A stretch of 54,604 nt of DNA. Origin: Pontimonas sp. Lineage in GTDB: Bacteria; Actinomycetota; Actinomycetes; Actinomycetales; Microbacteriaceae. Shown piece by piece: positions 45,179-54,604 of the stretch (positions within the stretch are counted from its first letter, which is position 1; every line of letters starts with the position of its first letter). Both the position numbers and the translations under genes were made by a program. The notes beneath the pieces are model-generated. The model made no database searches, was not told the DNA's origin, and worked only from the letters and a program-made list of their open reading frames with translations. Where the stretch lies: contig JAIOWV010000001.1 in NCBI GenBank assembly GCA_021741945.1, positions 1-54,604 on the forward strand, written 5' to 3'.

Positions 45179-46417
45179 CTATCGGCCCGCCCTCTGGGCG
45201 GAACGGTTGAGAACCGCCGCAATCGAACCCATGAGAACACCAAGGGCGACTTCGAGCCCCCACCACAGCATTACGGCGGAAGGGTCGGGGCCGACCAACT
45301 GGAATCTGCCGGGCCCCAGGGAGCCCGATGTCAGCGAGGCGAGCAAGCCGCCGAAGCCGGCGCTCACTGCGCCGGCAACGGCAGCCGTTGTCAAGAGCTT
45401 CACCAGGGGCTGAGAAAAGAAGTCTGTGTCAGAAAGGCTCCGGACCAAGCCCGCACTCTCGACCACACGAGGGGCGACAGCAACGCCCAGAATGAAGGCC
45501 GCCAACACGGGCAGTGCCACCACGGCAAAGGCAAAGGCGGGTGGGTCGGTTGGGACGATGCCAAGAACCGGAAGGGCGGGAACAATCTGAAGATTCGTGC
45601 CGAGTGGTGACACAAGAGCCCCCGTGCCAAGAGTGAAGCCAGGCCCCACAATCCATGTAGCGGCCCACACGATGAGTGTTGGCAACAGTGCCAGTTGCGC
45701 CACCGCAAGAGCAATTAAGCCCATCACGCCTGGCTGGAGCGACTCGAAGATGGTAATCACCGTGGCAAAGGACGCCACCAAGAGAACCGCAACGGCAAGC
45801 GCTGCGAAAGACACCACACCAGCCACCGCCGCACTACCCGCGGTGAAACCAGCGCGAAGAATGTCGGCTAAGGAGTCGGGCAACGCGCTGTGGAGCAAAC
45901 TCTTCCCCGAGGAGTGGGGACCCACCCATGCTGCGACCGCCAAACCGGTTGCCAGGAACAGCGCTGGTCGAACGAGAGCGTCGATCAGAGGCATCGACAC
46001 CACCTGCTGGGGCATAAACACAACCAGTGCAAGGGAGAGAAGCACGAGAGTCCCTACCGCAAGCGTCCAGACGAGCAGCGGATAGGCGGCAGTCGTCTCA
46101 CGACGCCCCATCCGGAAACCCCAGAGCAGTGTGAGAAGACCAATACCCAGCAGCGCAACATCAACGGTGAAATCTCTGCTCAGCGCACCCAGCGCCAACG
46201 CATCAGCCAAATCCGGGGGAACGGTGAAGGAGAGGGGGACTCCGTGACCCAACAGCCAGATGTCGACTGCAGCAGCCCAAGACATCAACAAGTCCGTGGA
46301 GAATCCGTCGTCAAAGGCCCAAATCAGCGTCAGTGGCGCGAAGATGATGCCAAGGCCCAAGCCCACTAACACCACGATGTCGAGCACCGTGGCAAAGCTG
46401 ACAATCCGGGCATTCAT
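45179..46417 (-). CDS. DUF6350/PerM-like integral membrane protein
   Basis: WLLGHGVP, GPGFxLG, PxLPVLG, SGSLGPGR; conserved position between sucD and purN. Confidence 0.8.
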   Translation of the reverse strand: MNARIVSFATVLDIVVLVGLGLGIIFAPLTLIWAFDDGFSTDLLMSWAAAVDIWLLGHGVPLSFTVPPDLADALALGALSRDFTVDVALLGIGLLTLLWGFRMGRRETTAAYPLLVWTLAVGTLVLLSLALVVFMPQQVVSMPLIDALVRPALFLATGLAVAAWVGPHSSGKSLLHSALPDSLADILRAGFTAGSAAVAGVVSFAALAVAVLLVASFATVITIFESLQPGVMGLIALAVAQLALLPTLIVWAATWIVGPGFTLGTGALVSPLGTNLQIVPALPVLGIVPTDPPAFAFAVVALPVLAAFILGVAVAPRVVESAGLVRSLSDTDFFSQPLVKLLTTAAVAGAVSAGFGGLLASLTSGSLGPGRFQLVGPDPSAVMLWWGLEVALGVLMGSIAAVLNRSAQRAGR

Positions 46418-46463
46418 GGCGCCTCGAGCCTATCGCCGAGGGGCCCTAGCAAGCAGGTGCGAC

Positions 46464-47348
46464 CTACAGACCCTTCATGATCTCGCGCATCAGTGCCGCG
46501 GTCTCACTCGGGGTCTTCCCGACCTTCACTCCAGCTGCTTCCAAGGCCTCTTTCTTGGCCTGCGCTGTACCGGCCGAACCGGAGACGATAGCGCCTGCGT
46601 GGCCCATCGTCTTGCCCTCGGGGGCGGTGAATCCAGCGACATAGCCAACAACGGGCTTGGTCACATTCGCCTTGATGAACTCTGCAGCGCGCTCTTCAGC
46701 GTCGCCACCAATCTCACCAATCATGACGATCGCCTTGGTCTCAGGGTCGTTCTGGAATGCTTCGAGCGCATCGATGTGGGTCGTGCCGACAATCGGGTCT
46801 CCACCAATACCAATGGCACTCGAGAATCCGATGTCACGAAGCTCAAACATCATTTGGTACGTCAGGGTGCCAGACTTCGACACCAACCCGATGGGTCCCT
46901 TGCCCGTAATGGTCGCAGGCGTGATGCCGGCAAGCGCCTCACCAGGGGTAATGATGCCGGGACAGTTGGGGCCGATGATCCGGGTTCCGCCAACTTTCTG
47001 GGCATGCGCCCAGAACTCAGCGGTGTCCTGAACGGGGATTCCCTCGGTAATCACGACAAGAAGGGGAATACGCGCATCGATGGCTTCCATCGCAGCGTCC
47101 TTGGCGAATGCTGGCGGAACAAACGCCACCGAGACAGTTGCGCCCGTCTCGGCCATGGCCTCGGCGACGGTGCCAAAGACCGGCAGAGTGACGTCACCGT
47201 GGGTGACCGTCTCGCCGGCCTTGCGGGCGTTAACACCACCTACGACCTGGGTGCCAGCGGCCAGCATGAGAGCGGTGTGCTTGCTGCCCTCACCACCGGT
47301 GATGCCCTGAACGATGACTTTCGAGTTCTTATCGAGAAAGATTGACAT
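46464..47348 (-). CDS. sucD: Succinyl-CoA ligase alpha subunit
   Basis: [26 protein letters not shown]. Confidence 0.98.
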   Translation of the reverse strand: MSIFLDKNSKVIVQGITGGEGSKHTALMLAAGTQVVGGVNARKAGETVTHGDVTLPVFGTVAEAMAETGATVSVAFVPPAFAKDAAMEAIDARIPLLVVITEGIPVQDTAEFWAHAQKVGGTRIIGPNCPGIITPGEALAGITPATITGKGPIGLVSKSGTLTYQMMFELRDIGFSSAIGIGGDPIVGTTHIDALEAFQNDPETKAIVMIGEIGGDAEERAAEFIKANVTKPVVGYVAGFTAPEGKTMGHAGAIVSGSAGTAQAKKEALEAAGVKVGKTPSETAALMREIMKGL

Positions 47349-47359
47349 GTCCTACTCCC

Positions 47360-48523
47360 TTACTTCGAAGCCAACGAGGCGGCCATGTCGGCGCCTTCGT
47401 CCATCGTTGATGCCAGAGTCACCAGAGGGTGGTTGGCAGCGGCCAAAATTTCGCGCCCCTTCTCGACGCTGTTGCCATCGAGGCGAACAACGAGGGGCTT
47501 GGTTGCGTTATCGCCGATCATGGCGAGCGCCTGCACGATGCCATTGGCGACCGCGTCACACGCGGTGATTCCACCAAAGACGTTCACAAACACGCTCTTA
47601 ACCTGTGGGTCGCCCAAGATCACGTCCAAACCAGCAGCCATCACCTCAGCTGACGCTCCACCACCGATGTCAAGGAAGTTCGCCGGCTTCACGCCACCGT
47701 GCTTCTCACCCGCATAGGCAACAACATCGAGTGTTGACATGACAAGACCAGCACCATTGCCAATGACACCAACCTCGCCATCGAGCTTCACGTAGTTGAG
47801 GTCGTGGGCCTTGGCCTTCTCCTCCAGCGGGTCAGCAGAGGCAGAATCAGCAAGCTCAGCGTGGTGGGGCTGACGGAACTCAGCGTTCTCATCAAGAGTC
47901 ACCTTGCCATCGAGGGCGATGACCTCGCCAGACTTCGTCAACACCAGCGGGTTGACCTCCACCAGGGTGGCATCCTCGGCGGTGAAGACCTCGTAGAGCT
48001 TCACAAACACTGGCGCCACCAGGTCGACGAGCTCTTGGGGGAAGTGTGCGGCCTGCGCAATCTCCTTGGCCTTGGCCAAGGAGATCCCCGTCGCTGGGTT
48101 AATGGCAATGCGCGCGAGGGCATCGGGGCGCTCTTCGGCGAGCTGCTCGATCTCCATACCGCCCTCATAGCTGCAGAGCACCAGGTAGTTGCGGTTGGCG
48201 CGATCCAGCAGCACAGAGAAGTAGAACTCCTGGTCGATATCCGCACCGGCAGCGACCATCACCCGGCGAACAACATGGCCCTTGATGTCGAGGCCGAGAA
48301 TTGCTTGCGCTGCGGCGAGAGCGTCAGCAGGAGTCGGGGCTACCTTCACACCGCCGGCCTTGCCGCGGCCACCGGTCTTCACCTGTGCTTTGACTACGGT
48401 CAGCCCGCCAATCTTCTCCGCGGCAGCCTGTGCCTGCTCTGGGGTATCAGCAGTAATGCCTGCCAAGACGGGAACACCGTGGCGCTCGAACATGTCTCGG
48501 GCTTGATATTCGTAAAGGTCCAC
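47360..48523 (-). CDS. sucC: Succinyl-CoA ligase beta subunit
   Basis: [34 protein letters not shown]. Confidence 0.98.
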   Translation of the reverse strand: MDLYEYQARDMFERHGVPVLAGITADTPEQAQAAAEKIGGLTVVKAQVKTGGRGKAGGVKVAPTPADALAAAQAILGLDIKGHVVRRVMVAAGADIDQEFYFSVLLDRANRNYLVLCSYEGGMEIEQLAEERPDALARIAINPATGISLAKAKEIAQAAHFPQELVDLVAPVFVKLYEVFTAEDATLVEVNPLVLTKSGEVIALDGKVTLDENAEFRQPHHAELADSASADPLEEKAKAHDLNYVKLDGEVGVIGNGAGLVMSTLDVVAYAGEKHGGVKPANFLDIGGGASAEVMAAGLDVILGDPQVKSVFVNVFGGITACDAVANGIVQALAMIGDNATKPLVVRLDGNSVEKGREILAAANHPLVTLASTMDEGADMAASLASK

Positions 48524-48660
48524 GCCTGTAACGTCCTTCCGGGTATTCGGCTAGGAATGAAATTCCACTGCGACTGCGCAGGAAAAACACTCGACGATGA
48601 GGGCCTGCAGCCGAGATAAGCCTACCCGGTGACTCGAGCAGGGTCGGCACTGGCGAAGCG

Positions 48661-51003
48661 CTAAATCTTCGAAATAGGAGCGATTTTGATTAACAGGCGT
48701 TTGCGCCCTGCGGTATCAAACTGCACCTCAGCAACGCGCTTTGGTCCCTCGCCGGTTACCGCTGTCACACTGCCCTGGCCGAAGTCATCGTGGGCGATCC
48801 GATCGCCCACAACCAGCGAGAGATCGCCGTTGTCCCGAACACTCAAGGTGACCCGGTTAGCCCACTGCGTTGCCTTCGGGGCCTTGGGCAAAGCGTCACT
48901 CACCTCAAGAGACCGTGGCCTGGATGAGCCAGAGCCTTGCCAGCCGGAACTGCGCACCGACGAGCCCAGGACATGTCCTCGGCCGCCGGTCGCCGCAGAG
49001 GATTCCCTCCAGGAGATGAGGTGGGCGGGAATTTCTTGCAAGAACCGGCTGGGGCTCGCAATCGCGGTGTCGCCAAAGGTGCTCCTGTTCATCGCCAGCG
49101 AGATGTGGAGTTTCTTCCTGGCCCTGGTGATTCCCACATAAAGCAGCCGACGCTCTTCCTGCAAGCCACCTGGCTCCATGGCGCTCATCCGGTGAGGTAA
49201 AAGGTCCTCTTCGAGTCCCGTCAAGAAGACAACATCGAATTCGAGGCCCTTAGCGGTGTGCAGGGTCATTAGCGATACGGTGCCAGAGGCGTCATCAAGG
49301 TCATCGGCGGCGGCAACCAACGACACCTCCGTCAGGAAGTCAACCAGCGTTCCATCGGGATTATTGCGGCCAAAATCGCGTGTTGCGGCCAAGAGCTCGC
49401 GCAGGTTCTCCAGGCGGGTTCCATCTTTCGGGTCACGAGAGTTCTGGAGGAGGACTAGATACCCGGTGTTGTTGAGGATTTTCTCGAGCGTCGCTGCGGG
49501 AGGCGCCGTGAGGGACAGTTTTTCCGCCTCGTGGAGCGAATCCCCCAGAGAGAGCATCGCCTGGGTCACCTTGGGCCCAAGCCCCAGCTGGTCGGCTCGG
49601 CGCAGTGCCTCAGGCAGCGTGATGGCTTCTCTATCGGCAAAGGAGACCAGCGACGTCTCGGTTGCTGGTCCAATGCCGCGCCTCGGGACATTGAGGATTC
49701 GTCGTAGAGCAAGAGAGTCTGCGGGGTTCACAATGGTCTTTAGATAGGCAATCGCATTCAAAATCTCTGCGCGCTCATAAAACTTGGTGCCGCCAATCAC
49801 TCGATAGGGGATCCCAGAGCGGGTGAGGACATCTTCGAGGGCTCGGCTTTGAGCGTTCGTGCGATAGAACACCGCCATGTCCGAATAGGGCGTTCCCTCC
49901 CCGCTCAGGGCCACAATCTGATCGGCCACGAACTGGGCTTCGTCGTGGGCGGAATAGCCGGTGAACCCGATGATTTCGTCGCCCTGACCGATTTCTGTGA
50001 ACAGGTTCTTTGCTTTGCGGTCGAAGTTGTTGCCAATCACCGCGTTCGCAGCATCCAAAATGTTTTGTGTCGAGCGATAGTTCTGCTCGAGAAGAATCAC
50101 TTCAGCTCCCTGGAAATCCCGCTCGAACTCGGTGATGTTGCGAATGTCCGCACCGCGGAAAGCATAAATCGACTGGTCCGAGTCACCCACCACCGTGAGT
50201 GACGCGCCAGGGACAGAGCCATCGGAAGCGGTGGGAACCTTGGAGTCACTCGGGACCAAAGCCGCTGGCACGTCCCTGGTCAGCTCTCTAATAAGGGCGT
50301 ATTGGGCGTGGTTTGTGTCCTGATACTCATCAACGAGCACATGGCGGAAACGCGTCTGGTACTTCGCCGCCACGTCCGGAAATTCCCGCAGGAGATAGAC
50401 GGTCTGGCCAATCAAGTCGTCAAAGTCAAAGGCTTGGGACTTAGTGAGCTCTCGCTGATATCTGTCCCACACCTCAATAAAGAGCGCATCTGCTGGGTCA
50501 TTCGACGCAGAAACCCGGCGATAGCTATCAACATCGGCCAGCTCGTTCTTGAGCCTCGACATCTTCCCTATGACAGCGCCGTGGGTGAGTCCCAGGTCAT
50601 CGGCATCGACGTCCTTGAGGATTCGCTTGATCAGAGCCCTCTGATCAGCAGAGTCGTAGATGGTGAACGAGGACGAATAGCCAAAACGCTCGGCCTCTTT
50701 GCGCAAAATACGCACGCACGCCGAGTGGAATGTGGAAATCCACATACTGCCGGCCGCTTCGCCGACCAAAGACTCAACCCGCTCTCTCATCTCGCCAGCG
50801 GCCTTATTTGTGAAGGTAATGGCCAAAATCTGGCTCGGCCACGCCTCACGTGTGGCGAGAAGACCGGCAATACGACGGGTCAGAACACTTGTTTTGCCAG
50901 AGCCCGCTCCGGCAACGATAAGAAGGGCATTGCCCCGAAACTCGACCGCTTGTTGTTGCTGAGGGTTGAGACCGTCTAGGAGAACCTCTGGCAACTGGGA
51001 CAT
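48661..51003 (-). CDS. pcrA: ATP-dependent DNA helicase PcrA/UvrD1
   Basis: AGAGSGKT, DEYQDTN, GDSDQSIYAFRGA, TLHTAKGLEF, EERRLLYVGITRA, Tudor-like C-terminus. Confidence 0.96.
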   Translation of the reverse strand: MSQLPEVLLDGLNPQQQQAVEFRGNALLIVAGAGSGKTSVLTRRIAGLLATREAWPSQILAITFTNKAAGEMRERVESLVGEAAGSMWISTFHSACVRILRKEAERFGYSSSFTIYDSADQRALIKRILKDVDADDLGLTHGAVIGKMSRLKNELADVDSYRRVSASNDPADALFIEVWDRYQRELTKSQAFDFDDLIGQTVYLLREFPDVAAKYQTRFRHVLVDEYQDTNHAQYALIRELTRDVPAALVPSDSKVPTASDGSVPGASLTVVGDSDQSIYAFRGADIRNITEFERDFQGAEVILLEQNYRSTQNILDAANAVIGNNFDRKAKNLFTEIGQGDEIIGFTGYSAHDEAQFVADQIVALSGEGTPYSDMAVFYRTNAQSRALEDVLTRSGIPYRVIGGTKFYERAEILNAIAYLKTIVNPADSLALRRILNVPRRGIGPATETSLVSFADREAITLPEALRRADQLGLGPKVTQAMLSLGDSLHEAEKLSLTAPPAATLEKILNNTGYLVLLQNSRDPKDGTRLENLRELLAATRDFGRNNPDGTLVDFLTEVSLVAAADDLDDASGTVSLMTLHTAKGLEFDVVFLTGLEEDLLPHRMSAMEPGGLQEERRLLYVGITRARKKLHISLAMNRSTFGDTAIASPSRFLQEIPAHLISWRESSAATGGRGHVLGSSVRSSGWQGSGSSRPRSLEVSDALPKAPKATQWANRVTLSVRDNGDLSLVVGDRIAHDDFGQGSVTAVTGEGPKRVAEVQFDTAGRKRLLIKIAPISKI

Positions 51004-51053
51004 ATCGGCCCAAGTCTAGAGCCCTGCACCGATACGTTCGCTAGCCTTAGAGC

Positions 51054-51488
51054 GTGAGCACACCTACCAATGATTCCGAGCCGCTCGGCGATGCTCCATT
51101 GGTGGAGCCGGTCACCGGATCTGTGTCAAGTGACCCTCTAGAAGCCCTCGACACCGCCCGAATTCTGCAGCAGACCGCGGCGATTCCAGTTGTCGCTGGC
51201 ACGAACGAGCCACGTGTGGAACACCCAGCCGACCTAGCGAGCGAAGTGGCTGATCCAGAGGTCGCTCCTTCTGGCTGGAATGTGCTCTCCATCGTGTCCC
51301 TCGTGCTCGCTCTCGCGGTGAGCCCGCTGGCCGTTGTGTTTGGCTACATCGCTGTTGGACAGATCAGACGCAGTGTGCAGCGCGGCGAGGCCATTGCGTG
51401 GGTAGCGGTCGCCCTCGGCTGGGTGTGGACGGTGTTGTACGTCGTCGCCGGGGTCGTTCTGGCGCTCACTTGGCTTCAGGTCGCCTGA
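51054..51488 (+). CDS. DUF4190 membrane protein
   Basis: NVLSIVSLV...FGYIAVGQIRRS.QRG..IA. Confidence 0.8.
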   Translation: MSTPTNDSEPLGDAPLVEPVTGSVSSDPLEALDTARILQQTAAIPVVAGTNEPRVEHPADLASEVADPEVAPSGWNVLSIVSLVLALAVSPLAVVFGYIAVGQIRRSVQRGEAIAWVAVALGWVWTVLYVVAGVVLALTWLQVA

Positions 51489-51495
51489 AGAATTT

Positions 51496-51512
51496 CCCCA
51501 GCAATCCCCCAG
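51496..51512 (+). promoter_or_regulatory. MprA-like tandem hexamer repeat
   Basis: CCCCAG-N5-CCCCAG upstream of a TAGAAT -10. Confidence 0.4.
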
Positions 51513-51571
51513 GAGCCCCGGTAGAATAAGGCAACCGCAAGGTCCCCTGTACCGTCACAGAAAAGGCAACC

Positions 51572-52357
51572 ATGTCTAACTCAAACCCAGCGTTCTCCCG
51601 CTCTGCGGTCTTCACTCAGGACCGCTACGCCGCTCCGAGCGCCCAGGAGCTCGACGAAATCTACGGTCGCCCCGCCGCAACTGCCGCTGAGACCGGTCGG
51701 ATGTCCTACGAGGACACCATCATGAAGACCCTGATCACCTTCGGTGTTCTGCTCGCCGGTGCGCTTGTTGGATGGGCGTTCCCCGTGCTGGCCATCCCCG
51801 GCTTCATTGTCGGCTTCGTGCTCGCACTGGTGAACATTTTCAAGAAGGAGCCCTCTCGCGGGCTGATTCTTGCCTACGCAGGATTCCAAGGTCTGTTTGT
51901 GGGTGGTCTCTCCGCCATCTTCAACACGATGTGGGATGGCATTGTCACCCAGGCTGTCTTTGGAACGCTCGCCGTTGTCGGCGTCACTCTGTTCCTCTTC
52001 CTCAATGGCAAGGTTCGCACCTCACCGCGCATGACCCGCATCGTGCTGGTGGCGATGGTCGGCTACCTGGCCTTCTCATTGGTCAACTTTGGCCTCCAGA
52101 TCTTTGGCGTGACGCAGAGCCAGTTCGGACTCCGCGACTACGAAGTGTTCGGAATCCCGCTGGGCCTCATCATCGGTGTCCTCGTTGTCTTCCTCGCCGC
52201 TTACTCGCTGGTCATGGACTTCGAGAGCATCAAGGCTGGCGTTGAGAACGGCGCTCCCCGCAATTTCGCCTGGCAGGCAGCCTTTGGCATCGTCGTCACC
52301 GTCGTGTGGCTGTATGTCGAAATCCTGCGAATCCTCGCGATTCTGCGTGGTGAGTGA
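51572..52357 (+). CDS. Bax inhibitor-1/YccA family protein
   Basis: Seven TM; GIVTQA, SLVMDF, TVVWLYVEILRIL. Confidence 0.92.
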   Translation: MSNSNPAFSRSAVFTQDRYAAPSAQELDEIYGRPAATAAETGRMSYEDTIMKTLITFGVLLAGALVGWAFPVLAIPGFIVGFVLALVNIFKKEPSRGLILAYAGFQGLFVGGLSAIFNTMWDGIVTQAVFGTLAVVGVTLFLFLNGKVRTSPRMTRIVLVAMVGYLAFSLVNFGLQIFGVTQSQFGLRDYEVFGIPLGLIIGVLVVFLAAYSLVMDFESIKAGVENGAPRNFAWQAAFGIVVTVVWLYVEILRILAILRGE

Positions 52358-52369
52358 CCACTAGCTATG

Positions 52370-52399
52370 AAAAAAGCCCCACCGCGGTGGGGCTTTTTT
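52370..52399. terminator. Bidirectional intrinsic terminator
   Basis: AAAAAAGCCCCACC-GC-GGTGGGGCTTTTTT between convergent genes. Confidence 0.92.
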
Positions 52400-52409
52400 C
52401 TTGCCACGC

Positions 52410-52733
52410 TCAGGCCAGATAGAACACACTTTCCAACTGAGTGAAGCCCTCATCAGGCTTTTTCCCGGCCAGTTGCTGGAAGAACGGGGCCATCTCTGCC
52501 TGCCACCGGGTGTTGACGTCTAGCTTGGCCATACCGGCGCGCGCGGCGTCAAGGTCCGGTGTTTCGAAATAGCCAAACAGTGCGCCGTCTTCTCGATCAA
52601 GAAAGAGGGAATAGTTTGTCCACCCGGTTGATCTCAGGGCCTCGAGCATGTCGGGCCAGACCTCCGCGTGGCGGCGGACGTATTCGTCAAGGGTGTCGGT
52701 GTTGAGCTGAAGCCTGAAGCCAACTCGCTGCAT
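52410..52733 (-). CDS. rhaM: L-rhamnose mutarotase
   Basis: EYVRRHAEVWPDM, NYSLFL, WQAEM; AAAGGA RBS before ATG 52733. Confidence 0.9.
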   Translation of the reverse strand: MQRVGFRLQLNTDTLDEYVRRHAEVWPDMLEALRSTGWTNYSLFLDREDGALFGYFETPDLDAARAGMAKLDVNTRWQAEMAPFFQQLAGKKPDEGFTQLESVFYLA

Positions 52734-52759
52734 GATGTGTCCTTTCTGCACTTAACGAC

Positions 52760-52796
52760 ACTGGGTGGTAGCCACAGTCTGTGACTACCACCCAGT
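52760..52796. other. Long intergenic stem-loop (mRNA stabiliser or partial terminator)
   Basis: ACTGGGTGGTAG-C-CACAG..CTGTG-A-CTACCACCCAGT after the binding-protein gene. Confidence 0.7.
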
Positions 52797-52821
52797 TTGG
52801 TCAACTAGCTACTACAAGGAA

Positions 52822-53898
52822 TTAGTAGATCTCCTTGAAGGTTGCAATGTTGTCGATGGTGAAGGTGAAGGGGTCACCGAGGAAGGCAATGCCGCCCTCG
52901 ATAACTTCGTAAGTCACGCCACCAGCGGTGAAGGTTGAACCGACGGAACCGTCGAATTCGCCCTGCATCGAGAGGACTGCTGCGTACACAGCGACATAAC
53001 CGAGGTCAATGGGGTTCCAGAGACCAACCTTGGTGATGGTGCCATCTTCGATGTAAGGAGCCATCTCAGAAGGAAGACCCAGACCGGTCACCGCAACGGT
53101 GGCGCCCTTAGCCTTCTTCTCCTGTGCAGCGGCCAGAACACCCACGGTGGTGGGGGCAATGATGCCGGCTACGTCAGGGTACTGAGAGAGAATCGCGTTG
53201 AACTGCTCAACGGACTTGGTTGCGTCATCGTCACCGTAGAAGGTTGCGGACTCAAGGTCGCCACCACACCAAGACATGTTGGGGTAGGTCTCCTCGAGGT
53301 ACGGTCCCATTGCGGCAATCCAGACGTTCTGGTTAGCAGCGGTTGCAGCAGCGGACAGGATTGCAACACAACCCTCTTCGCCAACTTCTTCAGCAATCCA
53401 GTCAACCTCAGCGGTACCGATGCGATCGGCAGCGGAGGGGAGGATGGATACCAGACGCGAGTCAGCAGACTCGGCGGCAACGTCAGCGTCGGAGGTCACA
53501 ATCGTGATTCCGGCAGCAGCAGCTTCCTGAAGAGCAGGAACGATGGCGTTCTGGTCAGCAGCGGAGATCACAAGAGCGTCGTAGCCCTCCTGGATCACCT
53601 GGTTGATGAACTGAACCTGTGCGGGGCCAGTGGCCTCGTTGGGTCCAATGTAGTCACAGGTAGCGCCGAGCTCTTCACAAGCCTTCTGTGCACCCTCGTC
53701 CCATGCAGCGAAGTAACCAATGTTGATGGCCTTCGGCATGATGGCGATACGGTACGACTCGGCAGCTTCGCTGGTCTCGGTCGACTCAGCTGGCTCTTCA
53801 GTTACTGTTTCGGTGCTCGCGCACCCGGCAATGCCGAGTGCGACTACGGCGCTGAGGGCAAAAGTCCTCAGGCCCGACTTAATGAGTCGGTTTTTCAT
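52822..53898 (-). CDS. Sugar (probably rhamnose) ABC transporter substrate-binding lipoprotein
   Basis: IAGC lipobox, MPK..N..YF, ATAANQNVWI, APTTVG, VTGLGLPSEM, LWNPIDLGY; next to rhaM. Confidence 0.88.
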   Translation of the reverse strand: MKNRLIKSGLRTFALSAVVALGIAGCASTETVTEEPAESTETSEAAESYRIAIMPKAINIGYFAAWDEGAQKACEELGATCDYIGPNEATGPAQVQFINQVIQEGYDALVISAADQNAIVPALQEAAAAGITIVTSDADVAAESADSRLVSILPSAADRIGTAEVDWIAEEVGEEGCVAILSAAATAANQNVWIAAMGPYLEETYPNMSWCGGDLESATFYGDDDATKSVEQFNAILSQYPDVAGIIAPTTVGVLAAAQEKKAKGATVAVTGLGLPSEMAPYIEDGTITKVGLWNPIDLGYVAVYAAVLSMQGEFDGSVGSTFTAGGVTYEVIEGGIAFLGDPFTFTIDNIATFKEIY

Positions 53899-54604
53899 TT
53901 CCCACCTCTCGAATGGTTTTCTTGGTGTTGTCCTTACCCAACGCACTGGGGCGTTTACGTAAGGCTTCAGTTATCTTTGGTGCGATAACTGAAATCAACA
54001 GCAATGCGCCACTGACAATCAGTAGCGAGTTTGCTGTAAAACCTGTGAGCTGCAGCGCAGAGCGAATGACACCGAGGGAGAGCACGGCGGCGAGAACGCC
54101 CCACATTGTGCCCACTCCACCGGCAATCGAAACGCCTCCGAAGAGCACGGCAGCAATGATGCTGAGCTCATAGCCCACTGCGCCATCGGGCGAGGCGCTG
54201 GCAAATCGGAGCGTGTACACAACCCCGGCCACACCAGCCATCAGACCGGTCATGGCAAAAAGCATCAGCTTGGTGCGCTCCACTGGGATGCCACTGAAAC
54301 GGGCAGCCTCCGCGTTCACACCAATCGCGAACGTCCACCGGCCGTAGCGGGTGTGGTGAAGAACAAACCACGCGGTGGCAGCCAGGACCACGAGAAGAAT
54401 TGTGGACCAAGGCAGGAAGGTGCCGGGAATGCGCCCGTAACCAATCGAGATCCAGAACTCAGGCAACTCGTTGACCGGCAGATTACCCAGTAGGGCATAG
54501 CTCAAGCCTCGATAGAGCGCCAAAGTGGCGAACGTGACGGCAAGTGAGGGCAAGCCGAGTTTTGTCACGAGATAACCGATGAAGAGGCCGCAGGCCAAAC
54601 CAAC
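53879..54604 (-). CDS. Sugar ABC transporter permease (RbsC type), 5' truncated
   Basis: LPSLAVT, GRWTFAIG.N..AARFSGI, YELSIIAAVLFGGVSIAGG.G. Confidence 0.92.
   Translation of the reverse strand, partial: VGLACGLFIGYLVTKLGLPSLAVTFATLALYRGLSYALLGNLPVNELPEFWISIGYGRIPGTFLPWSTILLVVLAATAWFVLHHTRYGRWTFAIGVNAEAARFSGIPVERTKLMLFAMTGLMAGVAGVVYTLRFASASPDGAVGYELSIIAAVLFGGVSIAGGVGTMWGVLAAVLSLGVIRSALQLTGFTANSLLIVSGALLLISVIAPKITEALRKRPSALGKDNTKKTIREVGNEKPTH

Overview
GC-rich actinobacterial chromosome segment, most like a small-genome Microbacteriaceae (inferred from gene order and protein style). The right ~60% is mostly core genome: holB-tmk-topA, a Tad/Flp pilus cluster, acs, ridA, a class A PBP, tRNA-Pro, ZTP riboswitch-glyA-folD-tdk, icd, purN-purH, sucCD, pcrA and rhamnose uptake genes. 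The left ~22 kb is accessory: heme uptake (HmuT-like, HtaA), msrB, an AbrB/RelE-like toxin-antitoxin pair with a long palindromic operator, an MhqA/O-like dioxygenase with a hydrolase, and an integrase-less islet between tRNA-Thr(CGT) and a 26-bp copy of its 3' end. The best candidate for a new system is the four-gene operon at 8139-11488, divergent from a two-component system. It encodes a diheme cytochrome b fused to an FAD/NAD/2Fe-2S reductase, the flavin transferase ApbE, and two small membrane-tethered low-complexity proteins. These have no recognisable FMN-binding domain, but both carry a variant flavinylation-like motif, PVD[AG]x[TS][AS]GS. Several small ORFs missing from the ORF track were found by hand. 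All calls come from motif recognition by eye; no searches were run.
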